From: Balanoglossus misakiensis
Taxonomy: Eukaryota > Animalia > Hemichordata
NCBI GenBank assembly: GCA_040954595.2
Contig: CM082580.2
Span: 8,162,390-8,226,389 of the forward strand
Direction: 5' to 3'
Length of the DNA stretch: 64,000 nt
Position numbers and translations under genes: made by a program. The notes under the pieces are model-generated. The model saw nothing but the letters and a program-made list of their open reading frames with translations. It made no database searches and was not told where the DNA came from. This document shows positions 38,356 to 51,854 of this stretch, piece by piece; the first letter of the stretch is position 1, and each line of letters starts with the position of its first letter.

Positions 38356-39507
38356 TACCATACACACCAAACTGACTTGACTTCTGGCAATTTGATATAA
38401 TATTTATACTGGTAAACTGCCAGAGACTGTATAAGGTTTATTGATGTTAACCTATGAAATGTCACATCCTTTGAATTTTAAACAATTTTTTTCATATACA
38501 TGCAAATTTGCACTTTTATGGGGGTGATAATTTGATTAACTTTGAGACAATTAAAGCAATCCTTTGTATGCATATTAGCATACAATGTAACTGTGAACAA
38601 CTATGCCTGATCCAGTTACACTGTAGTGTTGATTGTTTAATTAAACAGTTTAATAAAAACCCATGGAGGTAGTTATACAACCAAACTCTGCAAACCAGAA
38701 TTTAAATTTCTCAATTTTAAAAACATCCGGAAAAATGCCTCGTGACGTGCTGTGTTCGTTATCTGTACTGAGCACATTTCCGATGGTGAAACTGCGATTA
38801 TCGGATAGCACAAAACCCACGGATAAAGATACTAATTTAGAGTAAAATTTAGTCCAAACCAAGCGACACGTTTACAGGGTACGTTCAGCAGCCTGCGTCA
38901 TATAAAACGCTTTGCTGGTGTATACACAAGTTTGACCTCTGCTCTGGGAGTACGTGTACGTTATGTGTCCAAGTGCCGATATGGTGCAATTGTTTCAATA
39001 GAATTTTAAATACAACATAAACACACGACGTAATTCGGTTGACAGGCTGAGTGAACTGCAACTTTTCTCGTCGTTTTCACGACAGTTGCACTGCACGGTC
39101 GGCCGGGAATCTCGCACCGTGCGAGGAAATTTGAATAAAAATGTGTTGAAAAGACAGTGGGCCCCCGCCGCTATGGAAACGCATGTAAACTATATGACTG
39201 TTTCTAGCGTTATGTACATGACGGGGCGATCAGGTCGCAGCTGTAGTGCGCAACTCTCCTCTCGCCAATTTGGGAGTGATTAACAGCACTGAAAGCGAAA
39301 TACTGACAAATGCAGTAATTACACTTTGTACAAACACAAAACGGAGGAAACTGTACTCACTTTTTGAGGCCCGGCTTCTTCGTACAGTAGGTTGTGTTTT
39401 AAAACCTCCGTTAGGCCATAGTGGCCGGCGCCATTTTCAATGTGTTCAAATATGCAGCGCAGGCGAAACCATTGCCACATAGGGAAGTAGGTCAGTCGCG
39501 CTGTCTG

Positions 39508-39640
39508 CGATTGGATGATTTGCATAATTGATTGGATGGTGGAGCGCCCTCTATAAGGATGAAGACACGACTTTCGTTTGGAGAAACGCAACAAACTAAC
39601 AAACGGGAAGCACTGAAAGCAATGGAACTGGTGGGGCGGT
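39508..39640 (+). promoter_or_regulatory. SH3YL1 proximal promoter
   Basis: Two inverted CCAAT boxes (GATTGG), octamer ATTTGCAT, TATA-like CTATAAG (about 39551) and a GC box upstream of exon 1. Confidence 0.5.
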
Positions 39641-39768
39641 GGAAATCAATGGTACGAATCAGCTCTCTGAGACTCTCGCTTGGCTAAATATCGATAACAG
39701 TTAACTGACGACACCCGAGACTTCCAGTTTGTTTGTCCTTAAAGTTCCGCTGGGTTACATCGCATAAA

Positions 39769-42700
39769 AGTAAGTATGTGTAAACTTGTACACGTACGTT
39801 CAGGTTCCGTATTTATTGCACAAGCGACCTGAGTCAGTGAGTGAAAGATGACGTCATCTGCAAGTTGACATATAGAACTAGGTGGTTGTACACCAGTCGG
39901 TTACATTATGGTGTATAAATATGTTAATATGAAAAAGCTGTCCAGCACAGATGGTGTCTGATGTAGACATGATGGTCCATACTATATCTTATTTTAAAAT
40001 GTGAAAATCTTTGTAAATATTATATTTTGACAGTGGTCCATTCACCTTTTCCAAAGAAGTTGAAGTCCGAGTGTAAGAAGGCTGCCAAGATCCTAGAGGA
40101 ATTTACGGTACCTTCCAGTAAAGTTGGACCAGATAAAATCATTCCAGGTATGTCACAGTCAAATCCTAGAATCATGAGATTCTGAAAAATGGACTTGTGG
40201 GAGGCTGTTTTTCCAAGCTTCTCTTTTCTTGGATGACATTGCAAGACAAACATAGCTTGTACAAAGTTGTTCTGTAATTGCTATTAATGAAATCTCTCCT
40301 TATCGCACACCCACTTTCACCTACCCATGTTGATTACAGCTGGGATTGTTATGAACTGCCATGGCGTCGCAGTCATCACCGTTGTCAGGGCTGCCTTCCT
40401 ACTCGGCTGCCGGGGTGGTAGCGGATTGGTCGTGGCAAAACTGGACCGGTTTTCAAATAGTGAGTACTTTCAGTGATGGCATATGACAGCCTTATTTTTG
40501 CTCAACACTAGATGCTGTTTGTGGCATATAGTTTGAAATGAGGACTCAGACTGCGAGGAGATTGTTTAGTACATGTATAGGAATTTAAGAGAGTGTTGTT
40601 TCTTTGCGAAGATCCATTTCTGTGAGTAGTTTGCTTGTTTACCGTAAGTAATTGGATACTAGACAGGACATTGGTGCTAACTCACTCTTGTTCTTTTTGT
40701 CTCTTCACTTGCGCAGAATGGTCAGCTCCGTCAGCCATTGGCCTGGTTGGTATTGGGGGAGGCCTAGAAATCGGAGCTGAAGTAAGTTGGGAAGGTTTTG
40801 TCACAAAATCACTTCATTGATACTAGCTTCAGTCTGTATTAATTGAAGCACATGCATCCATTTTATGTCTTTTCAGGTGACAGATTTCATCTTCATTCTG
40901 AACACTCAGAGTGCGGTGGATGCGTTCTCCAAAGGCGGTAATTTGACGCTGGGTGCAAACTTTTCTGTGGCAGCGGGTCCGATGGGTCGATCTGTGGAAG
41001 GTGATGTGTCCGCCAGAAGTGTGGCGGCCATCTACACCTACAGTAAGACCAAAGGCCTATACGCTGGCATATCTCTAGAGGGTGCTGGACTTATCGAGAG
41101 GAAGAGTTCCAACGCGAAGTGAGTTTGTTCATATGGATTTGTGATATCTACTGATCATAACAAAAGTATAAGGTATTGTTGCAGTATCTGTGTTGTGGGT
41201 CTTTGCACAATCAGTCATTGAAATAAACTCTCTCCCCTTCATTTCCAATCCTGTTGCTAGATTGTATGGCATGGAAATTCGAGCTGTGGACATCCTCGGA
41301 GGCAAGATTCCTCCTCCGCCAGAAGCGGACGTGTTGTATGAAGCTCTCAATAATCACATCAGTGCTGGGAAAAAGGCAGCGTTGAAGATGGCCGAGAGAG
41401 AGGCGAGGAAAAGGGCGACGAAGGAAGCAGAAAAGTATGGCATGGGGAGTAGTGTCACCAGATGGAAGAGCATGAGTTTCAGGAGTAAAGGTAAATAAAG
41501 AGGATGTTCCACTTTGTGATCATCATCCCTGCCGGGGGATACGCTACTTTCCCATCTGAGATATCACTTGAAATTTATAATGTCTTTCATCTAGTTTCTT
41601 TCTTTTTTTTACACACATTCACACTTCCATTGACTCAACTGCATTGTGATATATATGTATTTTTTCCTTCGCATTTATACTTTTGTCTGCAAAAAAAAAA
41701 AAAAAAAAACTGACCTAGCTTCCATGCTGTGTGTTTTCCTCATCTTTTTTTTTCTGGCATCATTTTGCTGGCTAAGCTGCCGGCATGCTCCATGTCACAC
41801 AGTTTCTAGTGGAGGATATGCTTTCGCACGGTGGGTGTCCTTACCTCCTGTCTTTGCTGTCTCTTCACAACTCATTTTCTGTCTCTGTCTGCTTGCTTAG
41901 TGTCTAAATCGTGTACTTGTGTTGTTGTAGTGCCAACAAGTGGCGGGGGTTGGGTGGGTCTTGGGCATGACTAGTATTCTCTGCTTGTTTAGCAACCAAA
42001 TCTGGTATCCTACCTGCAATGAATGGTCAGAGCCCTGTAATGATAGACTCGGTTAGCAAAGATACCAAATAAAGCACATTGACCGTGACTAGTATCTCCT
42101 GTAAACCGGAGCTGTCTTGGGGGATAAAGGAAATAAAACAGGTTGTGTAGGTCAGGTTGTACATGAAATAGACTGTGCATGTGTATTTCTCAAACCATGT
42201 GTAACCGTGTACTAGGAGGGAGAGCTTGTCTGCAGGATAGATGATATCAAATCTGTTCCTAGATCTACCCTTCTACCACAATAGTGGATGGGAACAATAG
42301 CTATGGTCCTCTTTGATAATGTTTCAAAAACTGGATAATTGCTTTGGTGATGAAGTAAAACTCAACCAGGTTAGAGTTTAGCATGAGCCTTTCAAAAGAC
42401 CTACAACCTTGCTAGCACTGGCAGTATCATTTCTGTTGGAATGGTAGGTATAACGCACAAAATAATCAAAGACATAATGAAAGTCTTCCATGTAAAAGGA
42501 TCAAGCTTGCAGTCACACCCCACTACATGTACTACCAAACATCATTATTTGAAATGTGTTGTCTAATGTGTTGTAACCAACACACTTGATACAATTGTCA
42601 CCACAGATAAGAAAAAATCAACTGAATCAGACAGTGGCCGCTCATCTTCAGGACCCAGCAGTGCTCCATCCTCGCCCGAGAAGAGACATTCCTCTTACGC

Positions 42701-43201
42701 GATGAAGACCACCACCACCACCACCACCAAATCAACGTACAATACCAAAATCTCCAGATCGCAGTCTACGAGAGCCACTGAGGCCAAAAACTACAAAAGC
42801 AGTAAGAGTACTCTGAGCACAATAGGTGAGTGTTATCAGACTCTGCTTTCAAATATTTGCTCCTGTCATTGCATTTTGCTGTCTGGGTTGGTCGAATCGG
42901 GAACGGTCTTGAGTGCCACTTTTTGCATGAAAATGCAACTTCATTTGCAATCAAAACTGTCTTTGCAATCATCACGGTCTCTACACTGTCCCCCACAGGT
43001 GCCAGTGATGCCGAATGGAACCGGGCACCGCAGTGCAAAGCCACCTACGACTTCTCGGCGATCTTGCCGTGCGACCTGACGTTCAAGAGAGGAGACGTCA
43101 TCGAACTGCTGACGAGGACCGACACGCAGAACGACTGGTGGGAGGGAAACGTTCACGGCAAGACGGGAATATTTCCCGCCAATTACGTCCGAGTTCTGTA
43201 A
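39769..43201 (+). CDS. SH3YL1: SH3 and SYLF (Ysc84) domain protein, ~397 aa
   Basis: Coding parts 39769 (A of ATG), 40034-40147, 40340-40459, 40717-40781, 40877-41118, 41261-41490, 42607-42825, 42999-43201. Motifs LKSECKKAAKIL, GPDKIIP, RGGSGLVVA, WSAPSAIG, GGNLTLG, SKTKGLYAGISLEG, and a C-terminal SH3 domain (QNDWWEG..GKTGIFPANYV). Confidence 0.95.
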
Positions 43202-46200
43202 ATAAATTATGCGCGAGAGAAGTCGGGTCTTGGCTGGCAGAGAGTGTACACGAAGACAAAACTCTGCATTTGAAGAGTGTAATGTCTTCAGCACTGCTTT
43301 GTCAAATGAGACCAGTCCAACTTGCAGTGGTAGTGAACTCTACTGCCACCAAATCTGGAGCCGGAAGATCGTGGTGCGCTACGACAATCCAGTCCAACAT
43401 ATTACCCTATATCGGTGCAGCTGAATAACGACTCAAGAGTGCCCACGTTTATATGTGGCAACCGTGTAAATAACTGTATATAACCAATTTTTGTTATCAA
43501 GGACTGCTTTGGGTGGGCCTGTTGCTACTTATCTGTGAAATCCTCCCAATCATTAGGAATTTCACCCATTTTAATCAGATTTTCTCTGTGATATGCAGTA
43601 ATAATGCATAAACAATCATGTTTGCTATCTTGGTACTATGCATTTGTATATGGTCAGGCAGACAGACAGTGACAATCCCATACAGAGACAGAGATATATA
43701 CAGTGAGAGAGGCGAACATTTTGAAGAATTAGAGAGTATGGCAATCCTGGAAAAAAATTCTAAGAGTAAAAATATAAATTTTTCGCTGACATAGAAATGT
43801 TTTGCAATACTAATATTAACACGATGTATTGTCAATGGATGTTTTTATGTGCAATGACTATATTTAATTATCACAGTACTACCCTGTCGTTTTGACGAAA
43901 GAGGCAGCCAAGGGGGGTGTTCCACTTCTTTGTGAAATATTTGTGAGTTTGTATTCTGTATATTTTGAAAAGGCCTGTAAATATGTGTGATGCAGTCCGG
44001 TTAGCGCCAATAAAATGACTCTACTAGTGAAACAGATTATGTTGGTCAATTTGGTGTGAGGCAGTGTAGCCTGTGAGTACGTGTTTTGTCGGACGACTGG
44101 TTGGTCCAAGAAGAAACATCCATCCAGAAGACGAGGAAAAAACTATGATCTAAAGAATGACCAGGGGGTACATCACAATGGAATAAATTACAGGGGAATG
44201 CTTGTCCCTGTAGACGGGTAAAAATTCTGCACTGAGGTCACATGTGCGTGGCATCATGCTTCTGAGCTGATTCCTCGAAATCATCTCCACATTCGTGTAA
44301 ATTAATGCAACTGTTATCATTATTAACACTAATAGTATGGTACCGCAGTGAAAGTGACGTTCATCCCTCATGAGCAAAAAGCAAAATGTTATTCCTGTGT
44401 TAGTTACAACGCACAGCCGCAAAGGGACTCCCCCGCCCGGCGTATCAGTGACGTACAAGTCCGATCACATGAAAACACGACCTGTTCCGAAACCAACATA
44501 ATTTCAAAGAGATGCGACAGGATTTGAACAAGTGTACATGTCGGTGTCATATTTTTCTCTATTGTGTAACTTGAGTAGACGTTGGGGTAGCCACCGCTTC
44601 AATGAATCGACTTCACTGTGCTAGTATCACAGATATGTACATACTGTAAAACGAGATATCCGTTTTGCCACATGCATGCGGAAGAAACTTCCTCAAACCA
44701 ATCAAATACATGTTGGCAAAGAGAACGCTTTTGCTATGAAAGTATTGGAAAGGAATCTACCGATTTCCGACCAACTCGTTTCAGTAAAAGTTCATCAATC
44801 TCTCCATAAAAGGTCTATGGTTTTGAACTTTCAACGATGTTTTTTTTCTGACTTTGATTCTTGAAATTGTCAAACTTTAAACAAGTATATGAAGAGGATT
44901 ACGGGAAGATTTACTTGAGCAATCGTGACCCTGAATTCCAATATCAGGACGCGTATACACAATCATTGACATCCTTAGTAATTTGGATGGATGTTTTAAA
45001 TCCAAGTGGGACTACATTGTACAGAGATTGTACTGGTCAGGCATGTTCATTAATAAAAATTGTCTTATCAAGCAATGAAATTGTGCGTTGATGTGGTCCA
45101 TATTAAAATGCTGGAGAGAAATATCACTTTTTTGGCCACAAGTAATTCTGGTGGGTGCTTCTCAGGATATTCACCCTTTCGGACGCATCTAAAAATAGCT
45201 CGTGTAAAAAAGTGCTATGGTGCTGCAGCGGGGCCGACGCCCATCTCCTGGTATTGGTCCGACTTCCCTACACACGCTGGAATATCTTGGAATATCACAA
45301 CAGGTTCCTGGAAAGTGCAATGGGTATACGCAATGCAAACGACTGGTGCATGGCCTGATGAAACGTGCACGGTTGCATGGTTTATGTCACTGTTAATTTT
45401 TTTCCTTTAACCTTTTTGGCCTGTACTCTTGGGTTTCATCCAGTCACTGGTTAATGACGTGAGTTTACTTTTTATCCGAAAAATAAAACTCAACACGGGA
45501 AGATAACACAGGAAATGTCCCAATTGCACTGATTTTCCAGAAAATATTTCCAGAAAATGTTAATTTGCAACTATGGTAATCGGTGTTTGACTACAAATGT
45601 CTTGGGGAAAATGTGACCGACAACCATTTTTTTTTAAATGCGGGATATGTAGTACTCATAGTTTGAATAAAATCAATTCAATTTGTCCCTGTGTGATTTG
45701 GATCGAAATTTGGAACGTGGATCTTTCGAGTATCAAGGATGATAAACGAGTGTGATTATTGTTATATCTGCTTTGGAAGCCTTTCTTGTACTTCGTCTTA
45801 TGCTTGTCCATACACAAAATATATGTGTGTTTTTTACATTCACGTGGAAGACAAATTCTACTTTTCTGACGATGTAGACTTATTCCTATTACCCAGAAAA
45901 TTTTTACACGAGATATTCGTACATAAAACAAATCCAACACTCTTGTCTTGAATTTCGTGACACAGAATTCCTCAAACTGTTACTGCCGAGTTGAAACTTC
46001 TCAGCATAATCCTAGATAAAACCTAGGATCTCTCAATTTCAGTTGAATGCTCTACCAAGCAATTGGCTAGATAATCACGAGGAGAATCTTGGCCTACCAG
46101 GAATCAATGCAGGAGAAGGGCGAGTGTGCTATGACACTGTTCAACGCAGCGAAAATCGGTTTGAAATCTGGGTGTTCAGAAATAACAAAATAATCGAATG

Positions 46201-46369
46201 TGTTTTTTCCAAGGAATAACCAAACACAAACAAACTTGTCGCATTACAACATAAGGAATATGAAGACTCCTCCCATTGGAGTCACGACGGTATTTCGGAA
46301 GCGTGGTCACAGATCCGCTTTGCCACGATATGCCGGGGAGAGTCTCTGCATGGCTATGTATGGAAGGAC

Positions 46370-46417
46370 GGGAATTTCCTACTTTACCGGCCGCGGGAGT
46401 CGAGAGAAAGTATAAAA
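46370..46417 (+). promoter_or_regulatory. IL-17 gene A core promoter: NF-kB site and TATA box
   Basis: GGGAATTTCC at 46370-46379 and TATAAAA at 46411-46417, about 90 nt before the ATG at 46508. Confidence 0.75.
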
Positions 46418-46507
46418 CAAACGCGATGGAGCCAAGAAGGTATCACACAGCGACAGGAGCCGGCGTCTTTCCCCCGTAATTCGGCAGAGAAATTTCTGGC
46501 ACAGCGT

Positions 46508-48194
46508 ATGATGATGGAGTTGTCAGTTCAACTGGTAAGATGAATAACACTTATAGGTCTGCACGTTTTAATTGTATCCACTATGTGCATTTGTGCGAAG
46601 CCCTTGCTGAGCTTAGATGTCAAGATGTTCACTTTTATTTGGCTCAAAAGAAGCGATACTGCTAAACATAAAAGCTGGTGTCACCTATCCGATAACTTGT
46701 TTCTTCAACATCACAGCATCCCTCCAAGTCACAAAGCAAATGGTGAATGGATGCTCGTATATGTGTTTAGATTCTCTTCTGCATGGGTGTTGGTATTGCT
46801 GTCTTACTTCACACAGGATCATTCTCGAGATACTAACGGTTGCAATGAAATAGTTTCAAAGAAAGTTAGCTAAGTATAGAGGGGGTCTGGCACAAGCATT
46901 TTACCTTACAAATTTGTGAAAACACTGCCTCAGAATAAAACAAGTAGTACTGTTTCGATACCAGTTATGTTATGGAATATATCGACTTTTGCGACAAGCC
47001 ATCATGGATGTGATGGGCTATTCACTGTGACCCCAGCGGGTCACGCCTGCTTTCTGTCACATAAGAGGACAATTTCCTGACCGGGAGTCGTGATTCATTG
47101 CTACCAAGGCAACGCACCATTTTCCCGGTTTTCCGACTTTTACGCGGAACAAGTAAACACTTCCTCGGTTGAACGTGCACTGCTGGATACAGGCACATAC
47201 ATAATCTATTGGGTTCACTTTAAGCACGTCAGAGGAAAAAAGTTGCTAAAATATTTCTAAATTTCTTTTTCTCTGTTTTCTTTTAGGCTTTTACACTTTT
47301 TATTTACTTGGTGACATCTGCTGATTCGTCACCCGTATCTATCCAAACGACGGAACCCTTCGTCGACAGAGCTGTTACAGCTGCGGCAGGCGCTGGAAAT
47401 CTGACCAGTGAGGACGGAAACTCGAGCAAGTTGGACGGTGGTGGCGTCTCGCCAGTTGCTGAGGTTGGCCACATAGTTGATGATGGTCAGAACAATTCTA
47501 ATGCGACCTCCCATGAAACTCTCAGCTCTACAGCGCTCGACAGGACGAGCAGATCGATCCCGTGCCCTGCGAACGTCGAAAGAGAACGGGCCAACATCAG
47601 CCGCCAAGCGTGTGCCGCTGTCGGGAAGGCGGCAATCGGCGACGCCGACATCGCCATCGTCCGGGTCAACCATGACAACGGTTGCCCGGCCTTCCTGCCT
47701 AGCGACGGCGCCCGGGCGAATCAGATGTCCACGTGTCCGTGGGAGACCGTGCCAGACATCGACTGCTTCCGCGAGCCGAGAGAGATCGCCAACGTCACCT
47801 GTCGGTGCAAGGCGTGCAGACCCGTCACCGACGTCAACCCCGACGGTTCGTACAGAAGCGACGCCCCCGAGGCGTCCCAATCATCGTGTGCCGCCCTCAT
47901 CGTTGAGATGCCAGTGAGATACTGGGATCGTAACACAAAGAGGTATGTAGAAATATTGACAACTCATGTATGAGACTGGCGACTTTCTCAGACTAGCAGT
48001 GTATTATCGCTAAGTCAAATGAGACTATGAATAAGGATATACATATAGTTCAAGCTGAGACAAGCATATATAATGCAATTAATCATATCTTCAGAACTTA
48101 ATATGCTTTCTGTTATTGCAGTTTCAGCATTAGCAAGACGATACCTGTCTCCATTGGCTGCACGTGTCTACGTGACAACTACAGGGATTCATAA
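46508..48194 (+). CDS. Interleukin-17 family cytokine A, ~251 aa, secreted
   Basis: Exons 46508-46534, 47287-47942, 48122-48194. Signal peptide MMMELSVQLAFTLFIYLVTSADS; cystine-knot motifs STCPW...REPREIANVTCRCKAC...C...PVSIGCTC. Confidence 0.88.
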
Positions 48195-48849
48195 CGAACT
48201 GTCAATAGTAGGCCCTTTCAGCCATGATCCCGACGGATGAACCCTAAAGAAACACTACATATCTTATAATGCAGATAACATATCTCCAGTCTTTAGAGGA
48301 TTTTTACAAACCCTGCGATATTTAAATACGCGTGCACGCAGTAACCATGGCAGCTATAAACAAGCGACGAAGCATCTAATACGTATTTCCTATGGAATTC
48401 CAGAAAACCCGATGAACTTAACATATCAGTTATATGATACGCCGATAAAAAGTCAATTTGTACAGTATAGCTACAGTTCGAAGGATGTTAAATTAATTGA
48501 AAGGATCGGGTTTTTCCCGCATGTCGTGTGGAACTTCATATCATGAGACGGCAAGCTCCGTGCTAGTAATTACTCCGACTTTGATATATATACTGTTTCA
48601 CTCTGTATGAGTTTATACATAATTTCCTCCAGCAAAGATATCCATCAACTGCATGATGATAGATAGTTTTAAACAGATAAATAGTTGTAAAGGTATAATG
48701 ACATGTAAAGTTGGATAGATATAGAAAGACAGGTTGATTGATATAATCAAATGGATTATCGAGCGAAAGAAGAAATGTAAGCCTCAACACAAACGTAAGT
48801 TCCAATTGAATTCTCGATGAGAAAATGTAAAGTGTATCACTTTTTACGT

Positions 48850-48890
48850 ATTTATTTATTTATGTATTTATTTATTTATTGTTTATATTT
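48850..48890 (+). promoter_or_regulatory. AU-rich element cluster in the IL-17 gene A 3' UTR
   Basis: Overlapping ATTTA pentamers (TATTTATTTATTTATGTATTTATTTATTTATT) upstream of AATAAA at about 48933. Confidence 0.75.
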
Positions 48891-51653
48891 ATACTACACG
48901 CAATGCAATTGCAACGAGTAACGACGCAGCGAAATAAAAATACATGTTATATCATTTTACATAATAAAATGCTACAAGTCGTGGGTTATTTATTTGCGTT
49001 TATCGCAATCTACTGACACTCGAGGAAAGCTATGAGGAACAATTAGTTTTTTTTTAATTTAGTACTAGTTTCCGTTTCGATCTGTTTTATGATTGTATCT
49101 ACCGATTTGGCCGTAATTCAACGTGTTTCGGTGAGAATGACGTCACACTCTTACGAAGTGGTAAATATTGCGTCACTGAGGCGACATAGTTGGAAATTGC
49201 ATGGTTTCATATCATGGCGCAAGCCTGTTTATATACACAACGTATTGCAATTCTTCAAGTCAGTTTGTTGCGAGGAAGCGTTTTCGCGCAACTGCATGAA
49301 ATCGAGAGCGATTTCCGCCCGTGGTGACTGTTACAGGCCCATTGCTTCATTTGATGCCCATACGACGTCGTCATGATCACTGACGCGTTGTCCGATATGT
49401 AAAACGAAGGAATACGTCATTGCAAAAAAATCTCTGAAATGGAAGATCCCCTCAGAAAGAGGAATATTCCCTCAGAAAGCCTAAAGCCGTCACATGTCAC
49501 CACCCCTCATCGCCGACAAAGACTGCGGCGGACCCGATTGGCAAGTTGCCAAAATTAGAGTACAAAGCCCATTGGATGTGACGTCGCGTGTCTTAAACAC
49601 TGCTGCGTGGTTAAAAATAGCAGGGTGGACCTGGGGCTTCCCCGCCTTTCAGTACGCCCACGGACCGCTGTGACCAAAATAGCAACAGCTATATATGTAC
49701 AGGGTGACACATCAGACACATCATAACAGTGTTGAACATGTACATTGAACTTTGTTCTTCAAAATAAGTATGTTCAAGTGAATAAACACATCTCGCATCT
49801 TCTTGAAGGATCCGTCCTGATTTTAATTTTTATTTCAATTGAGCGAGAGAGGGGTTAGTGTATTTTGTTTTGCCAAATAGCCAAGGCCAAGATGCACGAT
49901 GACTCATATTGGCTGTTTCTTGATTGTTACTAAGCAATACGTATATACACATAACTTTGGAATTATATATGCCAGTCTGTCATGTGCAAGGCAACGAAAT
50001 TACGTGTTCACATTGTCACGCCACAACGCACATAACTATAGAAATGTTTCATTCGTCTTAAGACAACTTGTAGTAGTTTCCTGGGTTCATATTGGCGAAG
50101 AGATAGTTTTTTTTCTTTGTTTATGGTTCTTTACAGAAGTGTTAACCGCGATCACAGTGAGTTTGTTTTGAAAGACTCGACGCACCCTGGATTCTCACAA
50201 CTGGGTTTGCGTCAGTAGAGTACAGCTCTGCGTGGGATTGTCACGAATCGCCGGGTCAAGGGTCGCGACGGGTGATGGTAGACTGTTTTATGTCCACTTA
50301 ATTCGAATGCTGAGGTCAATTCTGAATCATTTTCTGCGTCACCATGTAAACAAAACAAAACAAACCACAAATGATCACATTTGCGTCCTGCTATTTTTTC
50401 TTGGAAAAATGGTACCTGTCGTGTTTCTTGGTTAGTTTATCTGATTCTGGATAGTATGGTTTGTTCAAGTTGTGGGAGTAAACGTACCTTGACCGCACAA
50501 ACTGGAAACAGGAGAATAGCCGTCCTTCAAGAATAATAAACAACATTTATGCCACAATAGCTTGTGGGCTTAAATGTCGCTCTACGCGTAATGTGGGCAC
50601 TGTCTATGGCGACTTGGAGCCCACAAGCGACTGTGCTGTTGGACCATTTCCTCGACTTCATTCCAACCTGAAGGTCGTTGACATTGTACGGCCAAATATT
50701 ATTAGGGCTTTGTAAATAAAGACGGACTTCTTTCTTTCAACACAGTACGGACATATACAAGTACATAAACAAGTACGTGCACATGTGAATACACGAATAG
50801 GCCTATCAAGGTCGCTAATGGTTGGGGGGAACCGTGAACTGCGACTGTTACGAATAAAGACTTGTGGCCAGAGACACGAAACAGTGATATGAAATCTCAT
50901 ACGAGCCTCGGAATCAGAAAATACGTTATGAAACGTTCACACAAGTTCACATCAACATATTTTTTTAGGTTTGAAGGGTTTTTCTTTCCATTGGAGATCG
51001 TTGTTAATACGCGTGTCTGTCTCTGTCGGCGCCCACGACACCGCCATAATGTATATATGAACAACCAAAGAAATATTCCAGTCAAGGCAACGGTTCTTAT
51101 GGTATGACAATTATGTTTTATATGTACATGTATAATAACTAAAAGTTGTTTTTTTTTATTACAGAGAATATAGGCTTATCATGGCATGTACATTCGCCAT
51201 TTCAACTGCGCCACAACGAGATACCCCGTCTTAAAAATATCAAATTCGCTCATTGGGAATGTACTGCTTGTAGTACATTTAAAAGTACCTAGCACTTAAA
51301 ATAGTAAATGTCGCAAGACTCAGAAATCGAGAGTGTTTACGAAATCGGTACATGCACGTATATTACAACGGTTTTCAGGCCGAAAACACGAGGAGACCAC
51401 GCGGTTTAGGATTTTGTCCCTCGCAAGCACAAGCATGATCCGGCTGAACGTAAACACAGGCCTGCAAATGGTTTGGGTTTTCCCACTTTCGCTTAGCATC
51501 GCGCTATTGTTACGCAAATATCGGCCTATTTCGCAAAGAAGAAAAAACGCTTTTTATCGCCGCTACGTCCTGGTTTGGCGATCTCGTTTTCTTCCGCCAC
51601 GCAGCGCCTGTGACCCGGCGCGGCGGCCCGGAAATTGATTAGCATATATATTC

Positions 51654-51746
51654 TGACGTATCGAAGAGGATGACGATATCCTGACGTGATGGGCTATTCC
51701 CGTCTCACCACCGCCCGGCCCTGTGTCTTCGCCGCTCTATATAAAC
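51654..51746 (+). promoter_or_regulatory. IL-17 gene B core promoter: CRE-like sites, kB site and TATA box
   Basis: TGACGTA (about 51654), TGACGTGA (about 51682), GGGCTATTCCC (51691) and TATATAAA (about 51738). Confidence 0.65.
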
Positions 51747-51854
51747 CCGGTCCCGGCTCACGAGATGCAGAGGACAACAACAGTCACACGTTCCCTATAA
51801 ACCCAAGAGAAGAAGTCAAACCAAAGTTGCCCCGAATAACAACTTACAAGAAAC

